Below the pieces are notes generated by a model. It was not told the origin of the DNA. It worked only from the letters and a program-made list of their open reading frames with translations, and did no database searches. Of a stretch of DNA of 64,000 nucleotides, positions 1-8,998 are shown in pieces (within the stretch, counting starts at the first letter, position 1; every line of letters starts with the position of its first letter). The translations under genes and the position numbers were made by a program. Source of the stretch: a virus; IMG/VR virus record IMGVR_UViG_3300023174_000075, positions 32,001-96,000 of that record, one strand, 5' to 3'.

Positions 1-1253
1 AGTGGTCTTGTTTTTTGGGATGTTGTAAATCCAGGTATTGTTTGTTCATTATCAATTTTAGCCATCCATTTATCAATATTCATTTCACCATAAGCGCGTG
101 GAGAATAATATAGATTTTGATAACCTTTCTCGATGATGGTATTAATAACATCCCAACCGATATTAGCGTTTTCAGGGACTAATAAAGCGTTGTTATACTC
201 AGTTGCAACAGAGACTAGCATATGACCAAATTCTCGTGTACCTATTTGAGATTTATATTCTGCAACTTGTTCGCAACTTTCGACATCAATAACGTGAAAC
301 GCCGAGTAATCACTACCATCACCTCGAGCAACGTCAGCACTAATGATATAATTACGGCTATAGTCAGGATAATTCCAAATCCAAAAATCACCCCCCATAA
401 ACCTACGTTCAACAGGTTCTTGTATGTATGTTTGTTCATAAAATGATAAATTATCGGGTTCAATAACAGAATTACCTGATCCTAAAAAGTCACAATCATA
501 TTCTTGGGCAAATTCACGTGGTGACATATTTGCACGTTCACGATCTTCCCATCCTGCATCTATTGGTGCTACTCTATCTGGGTGTAAATTCCATTTTAGT
601 TCTATTGCTTTAAAATCATTTTTACCAATTTGAGCCTCAGTATACATTTTATGGAACCAATTACCAATACCATTTGGAGATGATAAGGCAATAATTCCTC
701 CACCCGTAGCAATTGTTGGTTTAATACTCGTGTATATTTTATCAATACCTTCAATAAACGCAGCCTCATCTATTAACAATAAAGATACAGCGTAAGATCT
801 ACCTGCATCTGATGCAGCTGATGTAGCTACAATCTGAGAGTTATTAGCTAGTTTGAGTGAGAGTTTATTATCTGATATTGGTTTTTGATTACCCCGTAAC
901 CAGGCTGGTAGGTTATTGTACATGAATTGTACTTTCTCAACCATACCTTTAGCGGTTTCTTGTTTTGTTGCTATACACAATACAGTTTTATCTTTGTTAA
1001 ATAACATTGTCCATAATGCGTATCCTGCTACTAGAGTAGAGATACCTAACTGGCGTGATTTATTTACAATGGAAAAACGATTTTGTCTAAATGCCCCTAA
1101 TGTATCTTCCTGAAATGGATATAGATGAAATAATACTCTACCTTTAACTGGGTGAGTAATATAACAATATTTGCGAAAAAAGTGTACGGGATCCATTGCA
1201 CACTTTATATATTCTTGTTTTATTATATCTTTGATGTTAGCTTGTTCAGCCAT
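1..1253 (-). CDS. terL: Terminase large subunit (T4 gp17-like), truncated at the window edge
   Basis: Manual translation from ATG at 1253: MAEQANIKDIIKQEYIKCAMDPVHFFRKY...LYPFQ...KSRQLGIST (Walker A)...LLLIDEAAF (Walker B)...SSPNG...FAQEYDCDF...ADVARGDGSDYSAF (RNase H-like nuclease). Open to base 1; not in the ORF track. Confidence 0.95.
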   Translation of the reverse strand, partial: MAEQANIKDIIKQEYIKCAMDPVHFFRKYCYITHPVKGRVLFHLYPFQEDTLGAFRQNRFSIVNKSRQLGISTLVAGYALWTMLFNKDKTVLCIATKQETAKGMVEKVQFMYNNLPAWLRGNQKPISDNKLSLKLANNSQIVATSAASDAGRSYAVSLLLIDEAAFIEGIDKIYTSIKPTIATGGGIIALSSPNGIGNWFHKMYTEAQIGKNDFKAIELKWNLHPDRVAPIDAGWEDRERANMSPREFAQEYDCDFLGSGNSVIEPDNLSFYEQTYIQEPVERRFMGGDFWIWNYPDYSRNYIISADVARGDGSDYSAFHVIDVESCEQVAEYKSQIGTREFGHMLVSVATEYNNALLVPENANIGWDVINTIIEKGYQNLYYSPRAYGEMNIDKWMAKIDNEQTIPGFTTSQKTRP

Positions 1254-1284
1254 ATTATATACTATTAGTTGTATATAAATATAT

Positions 1285-1316
1285 AAAAAAGCCCTAACCT
1301 TACGGGATTAGAGCTT
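1285..1316 (-). terminator. Intrinsic terminator
   Basis: Minus strand AAGCTCTAATC-CCGTAA-GGTTAGGGCTT followed by a T-run. Confidence 0.65.
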
Positions 1317-1365
1317 GCACCTATGGTCTAGATAGGCAGTCCTAGGTAGCAGGACGATTATTTTA

Positions 1366-1578
1366 TTACTGCATTCCTAATTGTTGACGAATCCATCCTG
1401 CAGCAGTTTCTACTAATTCATCTATATTTGTAGAATGAGGATGTTCATTAATTGCTGTTTGAGCTGCATCATCAGATATGTCAGATAGAGTACGTGGGTT
1501 GCCAGATTCTTGTAATAAGAATACCATAAGTACATTAAACTTATCTGATAGGAATTTTAATTTAATTTGATCTTTCAT
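1366..1578 (-). CDS. Hypothetical protein
   Basis: 70-aa ORF in the minus-strand gene run. Confidence 0.6.
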   Translation of the reverse strand: MKDQIKLKFLSDKFNVLMVFLLQESGNPRTLSDISDDAAQTAINEHPHSTNIDELVETAAGWIRQQLGMQ

Positions 1579-1589
1579 TTTTTTATTTT

Positions 1590-1982
1590 TTATTTTTTAA
1601 TATAGATATAAGTTATAAACCCAGTAAATAAAATTGATATTATTCTAGTGAATGTTAATTTTGCTTTTAGCTTTTTATTTTCTTTACGCAAATCATCAAC
1701 CCACATTCCTTGTACTTTAAATTTAGATTGTTCATTTTGAATACGCTCTTCATACATAATACCTTTATCAACATAGTTTGATATAATATTATCTTTTAAT
1801 ATAACTTTATCTTTAGTTAATATAAGTTGCTCTTTAGTTAGTTCATGTACTGCTTTAATACTATCACATGTTGCTAAATCTTTAGCAATTTGACGAGCAG
1901 CCGGTACTGGTATTTTAATTGTATCTTGTGATTTAGCTACTAGGGGTAGTATAAATGCTAGTATAATTAATAGTTGTTTCAT
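1590..1982 (-). CDS. Exported coiled-coil protein with C-terminal TM helix (spanin-like?)
   Basis: Signal peptide MKQLLIILAFILPLVAKSQ, coiled coil, C-terminal hydrophobic helix. Confidence 0.6.
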   Translation of the reverse strand: MKQLLIILAFILPLVAKSQDTIKIPVPAARQIAKDLATCDSIKAVHELTKEQLILTKDKVILKDNIISNYVDKGIMYEERIQNEQSKFKVQGMWVDDLRKENKKLKAKLTFTRIISILFTGFITYIYIKK

Positions 1983-2335
1983 TAGTAGTTATAACGTTTT
2001 TTAAAGAATGAATCAATTTGAGCAGCATTATAATGACTTACTTGTTGTATTATTTCATGATGATACTCTTTAATAATAGTTTCTTTTACTTTGATATTGT
2101 TTATTTTAGAATCAATAATATCAATTTTATTCTCATAAACACGAATAGTACTATCTAATTGATTTTGTTTTTTAATTAATAAAGTATTAGCTTTAGTTAA
2201 TGAATCAATAGCAGCTCTATAATCAGTAGGCATTTGGGGTTTGCGTGTTGTAATCCATATAACACCATATAATACAAATAAACCTACGATAACGTAGGCT
2301 ATTTGTTTTTTATACTTATTTAATAATTCCAGCAT
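1982..2335 (-). CDS. N-terminally anchored coiled-coil protein (i-spanin-like?)
   Basis: TM helix IAYVIVGLFVLYGVIWI followed by a coiled coil; start moved to ATG 2335 to reduce overlap. Confidence 0.55.
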   Translation of the reverse strand: MLELLNKYKKQIAYVIVGLFVLYGVIWITTRKPQMPTDYRAAIDSLTKANTLLIKKQNQLDSTIRVYENKIDIIDSKINNIKVKETIIKEYHHEIIQQVSHYNAAQIDSFFKKRYNY

Positions 2336-3317
2336 AGAATTGTAATTTGCGTTTTTCATATTCAGTATTATATGCTTCATCTAATGTATCTGTATCATCT
2401 TCAGGTTCAATTTCAATTGGTTTGTATGTTTTACCTGTTAATTTTTCAATACGTTTTTGTAAATATGGAGAATCTTTTACAATATCATCTATTCTAGATT
2501 CTAAAGATGTTTTTAATGTTTGTAAACGAGCTAATTCAGTACCTGGTTTATCACCAATATCTCCTGCTGTACCACCTTTACCACGTTTTGATTTTAAGAT
2601 ATTAGATTTAGTAGCATCTAAACGATTTTTTAAATCATCATATTTCATAAATGCTTCATAATCTTCATCACTCATACTACCAGCTGCTGGTTGAGCTGGT
2701 TCTAGTTCATCTGGTGTTGGTTCTTCGCTATCGTTAAAATCTTCAGAGCCATCATCATTAGGTACACCATCAAACATACCAGCTAATGGATCACCACTAC
2801 CAATTAAAAATGATTCAGGACCATCAATTGTTTCTGGACGTTCTTCACCTGGTACTGCCGGAGCTATCTCTTCACCACTTGCTGTTAATTTAGTTAATAC
2901 ACCTGCATCCAATAAACCTTTAACTAATCCGTTTGCAATTTGTGGACGAACAAAATTAAATTGTGTTTGAATAGATTTTACATCTGCTCCTGGATTTTCT
3001 TTAAAATAATCAAGAATAGCAGATAGTGGTGTGCCACTGATTGTTTTAGTATACGTTGATGTATTTAAATCTGGATTTGCTAGTCTAAATCCTTTAGGGA
3101 CACGAGCCATTTCTTCAATTTCTCCTTCAGTTACAGTTGCTTGTGTATCTTGTTTAAGATCTTTTTCTTTTTCTGCTGTGGCTTGTTTATCCATATTAAT
3201 AGCCTGCTGACGAAGTTGATTTGCTTTAATTGTAAGATTTTTAGCTTTTGCTGGATCTTCGTTTAAAACCTCCATTACGGATTCGCGTATTAATCTACGA
3301 AGTTGTTTAACTTTCAT
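2316..3317 (-). CDS. Acidic putative internal head protein with a winged-helix-like segment
   Basis: Leader MKVKQLRRLIRESVMEVLNE; ILDYFKENPG..VKSIQ...GLLDAGVL resembles wHTH; start placed downstream of the ATATTTAT motif at ~3346. Confidence 0.7.
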   Translation of the reverse strand: MKVKQLRRLIRESVMEVLNEDPAKAKNLTIKANQLRQQAINMDKQATAEKEKDLKQDTQATVTEGEIEEMARVPKGFRLANPDLNTSTYTKTISGTPLSAILDYFKENPGADVKSIQTQFNFVRPQIANGLVKGLLDAGVLTKLTASGEEIAPAVPGEERPETIDGPESFLIGSGDPLAGMFDGVPNDDGSEDFNDSEEPTPDELEPAQPAAGSMSDEDYEAFMKYDDLKNRLDATKSNILKSKRGKGGTAGDIGDKPGTELARLQTLKTSLESRIDDIVKDSPYLQKRIEKLTGKTYKPIEIEPEDDTDTLDEAYNTEYEKRKLQFYAGIIK

Positions 3318-3352
3318 TGTTTTTAGTTCGTTTAGTGTGATATCCATAAATA

Positions 3353-3874
3353 TTAGCTTAGTTGTGAAATAATAGTGTTTATACGTTCTTCTGTAGAACC
3401 TTTAATATTAATTAATTTTTTAGGTGGATATTCATCTAACATATTTTTGATAGTAAAATCAATTTGTTCACGATATTTTGCATCTATTGTACGAACGCCG
3501 TTATCTTCAATTTCAACACCTTCAGGTGATACATAGATAATAACGTCATAATCATCACGTAGTGTCATTAATATATTAGTAAAATAACATTTTTCAGTCC
3601 AGCCGATTGATTTGGCTGATAATGTAAATGCACAAACATCATATATTGTTCTATCTGTTATGATATTTGGTTTCATTAATTCAATACTACGTTCAGCAGC
3701 AAATACTAATTGACCTTTTAATGTTGAATCAGTATTTAAACTAATACCTTGATCACGTAAGTATTTACTACGTTCAGTTGCTGTTTCATAATCTTTAAAT
3801 TGATCGATTTGTTTAAGGGCATTAACTAATGTGGTCTTACCTACACTAATTGTACCGCATAATCCTATTTTCAT
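3353..3874 (-). CDS. P-loop nucleotide kinase (AAA_28/NadR-like)
   Basis: GTISVGKTT Walker A, IITDRT motif, EDNGVR. Confidence 0.8.
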   Translation of the reverse strand: MKIGLCGTISVGKTTLVNALKQIDQFKDYETATERSKYLRDQGISLNTDSTLKGQLVFAAERSIELMKPNIITDRTIYDVCAFTLSAKSIGWTEKCYFTNILMTLRDDYDVIIYVSPEGVEIEDNGVRTIDAKYREQIDFTIKNMLDEYPPKKLINIKGSTEERINTIISQLS

Positions 3875-4425
3875 AATATTGTTTTTTTCTCGTGTCCTAT
3901 AATTAATGTAGGATCAATATAAGATTTAAATCCTGCATTTCTAGCTTTTTCTTGGAATGTAAAATCTTCCCATTGGTCTGGATTTAATGGTTCGAATGGA
4001 TCTATTATACGATCAAATACTTCTGCTTTAACAAGCATAAAACCCATACCATTTGCTTTAACTTCTATTAAATCTGTTTTAAAGGCTATATCATCAATAG
4101 TCATTGTTTTACCCTCTAAATCACAACATGCTAATAATGTAGGGGATTTTTTATATATACCTGATACTATTGGTTTATTATGTTGGATTAACTTTTCAAG
4201 TTGCATAAAATTAAATACCTGGTCATTATCAATCCACATGTAATGAGTGGGTCTAAATAGTTTAGCTCTATCTAATAGTGCTTGTCTATTATAAAATATA
4301 TTAGGTACATAACCAGATACATGAAACCATTTCCATTCAGGAGGTATGTTAAAAAGAACATTAGTCCAGCTGTCTAAGAAATTATTAGAAAATTCTCGAC
4401 CAGGTAAAATAAAACCTATTTTCAT
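3871..4425 (-). CDS. GT-A fold glycosyltransferase (GT2-like)
   Basis: WIDNDQ DxD motif, GMGFMLVK, EDFTF, IGHEK. Confidence 0.75.
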   Translation of the reverse strand: MKIGFILPGREFSNNFLDSWTNVLFNIPPEWKWFHVSGYVPNIFYNRQALLDRAKLFRPTHYMWIDNDQVFNFMQLEKLIQHNKPIVSGIYKKSPTLLACCDLEGKTMTIDDIAFKTDLIEVKANGMGFMLVKAEVFDRIIDPFEPLNPDQWEDFTFQEKARNAGFKSYIDPTLIIGHEKKTIL

Positions 4426-4667
4426 TTATTATTTATTTTTTTCATTTGACGTGCTGTTTTCTTTTCCTGTTTAGCTTCTTTAGCACCTTGTTTCATTGCT
4501 TTTTCAGCACCTGGTTTATATTTAATATCAACACTTATTGGACCATGGTGTTTATCTAGATTATATATCCATGTCTCTATAGTATATTCATCTTCATATA
4601 CTTTAGTAAACTTACGTGGAGTAGGTTCAATAACTATTTCTTTAGGTCTTCCTCTTCTTTCTATCAT
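4422..4667 (-). CDS. Small basic protein with N-terminal AT-hook
   Basis: RRGRPK at the N-terminus. Confidence 0.65.
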   Translation of the reverse strand: MIERRGRPKEIVIEPTPRKFTKVYEDEYTIETWIYNLDKHHGPISVDIKYKPGAEKAMKQGAKEAKQEKKTARQMKKINNK

Positions 4668-4705
4668 AACGTTAAATTAAAAAAGGGACTTTGCAGTCCC
4701 TAATA

Positions 4706-4963
4706 TTATACTCTTGCGCCTGCTGCTTTACCAGCTGCGGTTTTGTAAAATGGTACACCGTTAACGTTCTTTTTCTTATCTAACCACTGATCTTTAGTAT
4801 GTTTAATACCAAATAAATAATATTCAGCTTGACGTTTATTACCTTGTGGTATTAGTGCTGCTCCATCCCAGTTATGCATTTTATTTACTCCATTAATACG
4901 AACGTAATGTGCTACTGTTCCGTCTGCCGATACTAATTTTTGTGTTTCTAGTGTTTCTTTCAT
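4706..4963 (-). CDS. Hypothetical protein
   Basis: 85 aa, HNWDGAAL motif, own upstream promoter-like element. Confidence 0.7.
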   Translation of the reverse strand: MKETLETQKLVSADGTVAHYVRINGVNKMHNWDGAALIPQGNKRQAEYYLFGIKHTKDQWLDKKKNVNGVPFYKTAAGKAAGARV

Positions 4964-4998
4964 ACGTTTTTATTTTAAAGGTACGAAAGTTATTTTGA

Positions 4999-6015
4999 CT
5001 AGTCTAAATCTTCTAAACCAGTGTCGTCTTTTTTTAAATCACGTTCAATATCTCTCATTTCACCTATCGCCCATTGTTTTTGATCACGTGTTAACTCACT
5101 ATTAACTGCATTTTCTACAAATGGAAAAAATTCATCGTCTGGTAGTTTATATAATGCCGCAAAAAATAATTCACGAACACGAGCATCTTCTACATCGCTT
5201 TCAGCATATATTTTATTGATAGCATCATATAGGAATTTACCAAAGCGCAAATCATTTGGTTCATTAGATAATTTATCTATAGCACCCACAATAGCTTGAT
5301 TTTTTTCTTTATCAGCACCAAATCCTTCTGTACCAATAATTTCATATAATCCTTTTACAATTTCATGTACAAGCATTGGGAAACATAAGGCACGAGCTTT
5401 AATAACAAACTGCTCATTTTCTTCATCATATTCCATCTCACTTTCACCCCCTTGTGGTGTTTGTCCTTGTGCTAATGCTGCTAATAACATAGCAATAGCA
5501 TTTTCATCATCGTAAATACCAAATGCTAGTTTTAGTATTTCATTATATTTTTCTACTAATGCTGGATTGATATCATCAAGATATTCTTTAAATAACATAA
5601 AACCAAAAGCGCCTCTAATTGATGCTCCTTGTGTTATACCATTGATAATACGGCGTTTTGCTTTTAATTTTTCAGGATCATCTTCACCAAAATCAGGTAA
5701 TGTTGGGTCTTCTTGTGGTGGAGGATTTTGTAAACTAAAATCATTTCCTATTTTAGCATCAATTCTAATATTAGCATAGTCAATAATAGGATAAGCATCA
5801 GTTACCATTTGAGCTGCTACCATTTCAAGTTCATCACGATATCCTTCTTCAGCATCAATAATTTCATCTAATACTGCTTTAGAACGTACCATTGTTTGCA
5901 TCAATGACTTATTACCAAGCATTGAACGTAATGATTCACCAGACTTACCTTTTAAAGAAGCCATGGTTTTAGGGGAGAATATTTTTTCGTATTCTACTTC
6001 TAATAAATTAGGCAT
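4999..6015 (-). CDS. Hypothetical phage protein (acidic; contains HEIVKG)
   Basis: 338-aa ORF overlapping the stop of the upstream gene. Confidence 0.75.
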   Translation of the reverse strand: MPNLLEVEYEKIFSPKTMASLKGKSGESLRSMLGNKSLMQTMVRSKAVLDEIIDAEEGYRDELEMVAAQMVTDAYPIIDYANIRIDAKIGNDFSLQNPPPQEDPTLPDFGEDDPEKLKAKRRIINGITQGASIRGAFGFMLFKEYLDDINPALVEKYNEILKLAFGIYDDENAIAMLLAALAQGQTPQGGESEMEYDEENEQFVIKARALCFPMLVHEIVKGLYEIIGTEGFGADKEKNQAIVGAIDKLSNEPNDLRFGKFLYDAINKIYAESDVEDARVRELFFAALYKLPDDEFFPFVENAVNSELTRDQKQWAIGEMRDIERDLKKDDTGLEDLD

Positions 6016-6262
6016 TCTTTTTTGATTTAAAGCGTTTAATTACTTGTTTCAACATTTCAGCTTCTTTCATTGTCGCCTTTGCTTTTGGAGCAGGATTAAC
6101 ATTAGGATTTCCTAATGGACGACGTGGTTTCTTTTCAGCTGGTTTGCCTGGTGCTACTGCAGGACCTGGTGTTTCTCTTGGTTTAGAGGGTGCAGGAGCA
6201 TTTTCATTCAATTCTTGATTAATAATACGGCGTATAGTTTCGCGTAATTGTTGTTTAGTCAT
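6008..6262 (-). CDS. Pro/Lys-rich putative internal head protein
   Basis: Leader MTKQQLRETIRRIINQELNE; ATATTTAT upstream. Confidence 0.7.
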   Translation of the reverse strand: MTKQQLRETIRRIINQELNENAPAPSKPRETPGPAVAPGKPAEKKPRRPLGNPNVNPAPKAKATMKEAEMLKQVIKRFKSKKNA

Positions 6263-6401
6263 TCGTTACGTTTGTCAATAAATATTCCGAAACATAAATC
6301 CCATGAGCACCTGATACAGTAATACCACGAGCACTTAAAGCATCACCAACAAAGTGTACATTTGGATATTCATTTAATGCTAAATTAGTATAGTTTACTA
6401 G
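6255..6401 (-). pseudogene. Orphan duplicate of the 3' end of the FAD oxidoreductase gene
   Basis: Translates LVNYTNLALNEYPNVHFVGDALSARGITVSGAHGIYVSEYLLTNVTND*, matching the C-terminus of 7547..8881; no start codon. Confidence 0.9.
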
Positions 6402-6409
6402 ATTAGTGG

Positions 6410-6839
6410 TTATATTTGATCTAGTATACTTTTTAAATAATTAACATTGTTATATAAATCTAAAGCAGTATTTATTATATTTTGTTGTTCTATTTTGTCT
6501 ACATTACTATAGTATTCGGATAATACTTTAAGATTATCTAAATTATTATTAAACGTATCTATATTAATTTTTAAATATTTTTGTTCTTCCATAGTAAGTA
6601 TATTTTTATTGTATATATCTTCTGCAAAAGAAATAATATTTTGAATTTTATTAATACCCTGTATTAAAGTTTCAATACTTTCTATTATTAACATTTTTAC
6701 TTTCTTGTTTTAACTGAATTAATTCTGCAAATTTATTTAAATTTACTTTATTATTTTTAATAGAAGTACGAATATTGTTTGTTAAAGTATTAACATTTTC
6801 TTTAATAACATCTTTTGATATTTCTGATAATTTTATCAT
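6410..6839 (-). pseudogene. MIKL-leader gene apparently split by a 1-nt frameshift (ORFs 6672..6839 and 6410..6694)
   Basis: MIKLSEISKDVIKE...QESK joins MLIIESIE... if one A is removed from the A-run at ~6695-6698. Confidence 0.5.
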
Positions 6840-6851
6840 ATTAATAAATAT

Positions 6852-7496
6852 TTATTGTTTATATTTCCATATATAACTATATGCTGTTTTTTGACGTCCT
6901 GCTGCACAATCTGCTATACTATTACCGGATTTACCTAAACACCTTCCTGCGTCCTGTGCTGATTGGTATTCATTAAGTAGATTATTTTGAAGGTCATATT
7001 GGAGTACAGGTTTATAATGACTCAAATAGTTTTTAGGTTTACCTCTAAGTGCATCTCCTATTTTGTCAGCCCATAATATATTTCTACCTTTGTTTGCTTT
7101 ACTAATATTAGGTTGAAGTTTACCTGTTCTTACTTGTGATATTTTATGTTTAGTTTCTTCCGATAATGGTTTTCGTTTTATACCTTTTAATGCTTTACTA
7201 ATTTTAACACCAGTACCTACTTTATGTGGTTTTCTCATTTTTTGTTTTTGTTCTTCTGTGTATTGTTCAGGACCACCACCTCCATTATTTTTATTTTCTA
7301 ATTCAAATCCCCATGCCTTAAATTGACATATCCAATATTGCTCCCAAAATTTCCATTCAGTATCGTTTACAATATCTATTTCAGTATATGTTATATCTTT
7401 ATATTTTCTTTTATGTATATTTTGTCTCCATTTACCTCTAGTTTTACCTATATAAAATGGTATATCTTCTTTTTCTAACACATAAATACTAGTCAT
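6852..7496 (-). CDS. Free-standing GIY-YIG homing endonuclease with NUMOD3/NUMOD1 DNA-binding repeats
   Basis: IYVL..FYIGKT, EQYWI, NKNNGGGG, SEETKHKIS, KPVLQYDL...KTAYSYIWKY. Confidence 0.85.
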   Translation of the reverse strand: MTSIYVLEKEDIPFYIGKTRGKWRQNIHKRKYKDITYTEIDIVNDTEWKFWEQYWICQFKAWGFELENKNNGGGGPEQYTEEQKQKMRKPHKVGTGVKISKALKGIKRKPLSEETKHKISQVRTGKLQPNISKANKGRNILWADKIGDALRGKPKNYLSHYKPVLQYDLQNNLLNEYQSAQDAGRCLGKSGNSIADCAAGRQKTAYSYIWKYKQ

Positions 7497-7546
7497 GATA
7501 TATTATTTATAATAAATATATAAGAGACCAGAAATTAAGTACTTTC

Positions 7547-8881
7547 CTATATTTTTCTTAAGATACTTTCAGCTACATATATAGCTTGTGCACCACTAAC
7601 TGTTATTCCTCTTGCTGATAGTGCGTCCCCTACAAAATAAACATTTGGGTACTCTATTAAAGACAAATCAAAGTGATTTGTTAAAGGCTCTGGTGCGGCA
7701 TACTTGCACTCGGGTATGTAGATTCCATAATCATCACCAAAGTTGAATACTTTATTCATATCATCAATAAAATTCATGACATAATCCATGTATCCTCCCA
7801 TTACTCTTTTAACAAAACCATTAAATGTATCTTCACCAATTGGGTGAGCTACTACAGTTATACCTTCAGATGTTAATCCTGGTTGGCGAGTAAAATTAGG
7901 TGAATAATATAATCCTTCATTGTTTATTTGTAGCTTATTAACAACATCTCTTGACCACTTAAATGGGTCTTCAATACCTTTAATTTCCATTAATATACCA
8001 AAATTGGTCATATCGTTTCGGAATTGTTTGCCCTTTTTCGCATGGCCGTTGTACGTAATATCGCCGTACGTTTCCTCCACGGCCACGTAAGCGGCATTGT
8101 TATTAGTACAAAAGCTACGTAGAGAAACATTTTCATATTTTTGATATAATTTGAAATCATATGATATGTCTATTAATTTTTGAAAATATTTTTGTGGTGC
8201 TTCAAATCGAACACCTATTTGAACTGATTTAGGTTCAGTTGGTAATTTATAGTTGTCTGATAATGATTGTGCAAAGTCAATACCTGATTTGCCTACAGCA
8301 AATATTAATTTGTCATATCCAATAGGTGATAAATAACTCCTACCCGGAGCTATTGGTTTACTATCACACAATACTGTTAAAGCATCTTCTTTAAAATTTA
8401 TATCTGTTACTTCAGTTTCCCATTTAAATTTAACACCTTTATCAACTAAATATTGATACCATGCTTTAGCGATCTCGTGTAAATAGTTACTACCAATATG
8501 CCATACAGGAAATAAACGTAAACCAAAGTATGGTTTAATAAAGTCTGGTTCAGCTACTGGATCAGAACAGAATATTTCTTCTGGTTTAGGGTGAAAACGT
8601 CTGAAATTACTAATAACTTGATCCATCAACTCCATTGCTTTATTCTCACCACAATACTTAGACAATTGACCACCGATTGCTATATGATATGTTAATTTGC
8701 CATCACTCCAGCCACCAGCACCTAACATACCTGTCATTACCTCTTCAGGTAAGCGATTATGTGGATCATTACCTTTGTCTATAATGGTAATCAATTCACC
8801 AGGATAGCCATTATCTACTAATTTAGTTGCAGCGTTTATGCCCGCTACACCGGCACCTACGATTACGATTTTCTTTTGCAT
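7547..8881 (-). CDS. FAD-dependent oxidoreductase (HI0933/YhiN-like family)
   Basis: IVGAGVAG Rossmann motif, GAGGWSDGKL, RSFCTN, YFVGDA; start at MQKKIV downstream of the promoter-like element. Confidence 0.88.
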   Translation of the reverse strand: MQKKIVIVGAGVAGINAATKLVDNGYPGELITIIDKGNDPHNRLPEEVMTGMLGAGGWSDGKLTYHIAIGGQLSKYCGENKAMELMDQVISNFRRFHPKPEEIFCSDPVAEPDFIKPYFGLRLFPVWHIGSNYLHEIAKAWYQYLVDKGVKFKWETEVTDINFKEDALTVLCDSKPIAPGRSYLSPIGYDKLIFAVGKSGIDFAQSLSDNYKLPTEPKSVQIGVRFEAPQKYFQKLIDISYDFKLYQKYENVSLRSFCTNNNAAYVAVEETYGDITYNGHAKKGKQFRNDMTNFGILMEIKGIEDPFKWSRDVVNKLQINNEGLYYSPNFTRQPGLTSEGITVVAHPIGEDTFNGFVKRVMGGYMDYVMNFIDDMNKVFNFGDDYGIYIPECKYAAPEPLTNHFDLSLIEYPNVYFVGDALSARGITVSGAQAIYVAESILRKI

Positions 8882-8998
8882 ATAATTAAATATAAGTTTT
8901 TTGTTTTGACGAGCAAAGAGAGAGCGCACCTTTTGAGTGCGCCACAGCTGCATTAATGTTATTTATTAATCGAACAGGCTATGAATCTGTTCTATATG

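Noticed and set aside
222-1113. Short ORFs 222..446(+), 242..463(-) and 916..1113(+)
   Set aside because: They are shadow frames overlapping the terminase gene.
6402-7546. Group I intron interrupting the oxidoreductase
   Set aside because: The upstream gene is complete with its own stop codon, and the insert is fully occupied by ORFs with no room for a ribozyme core.
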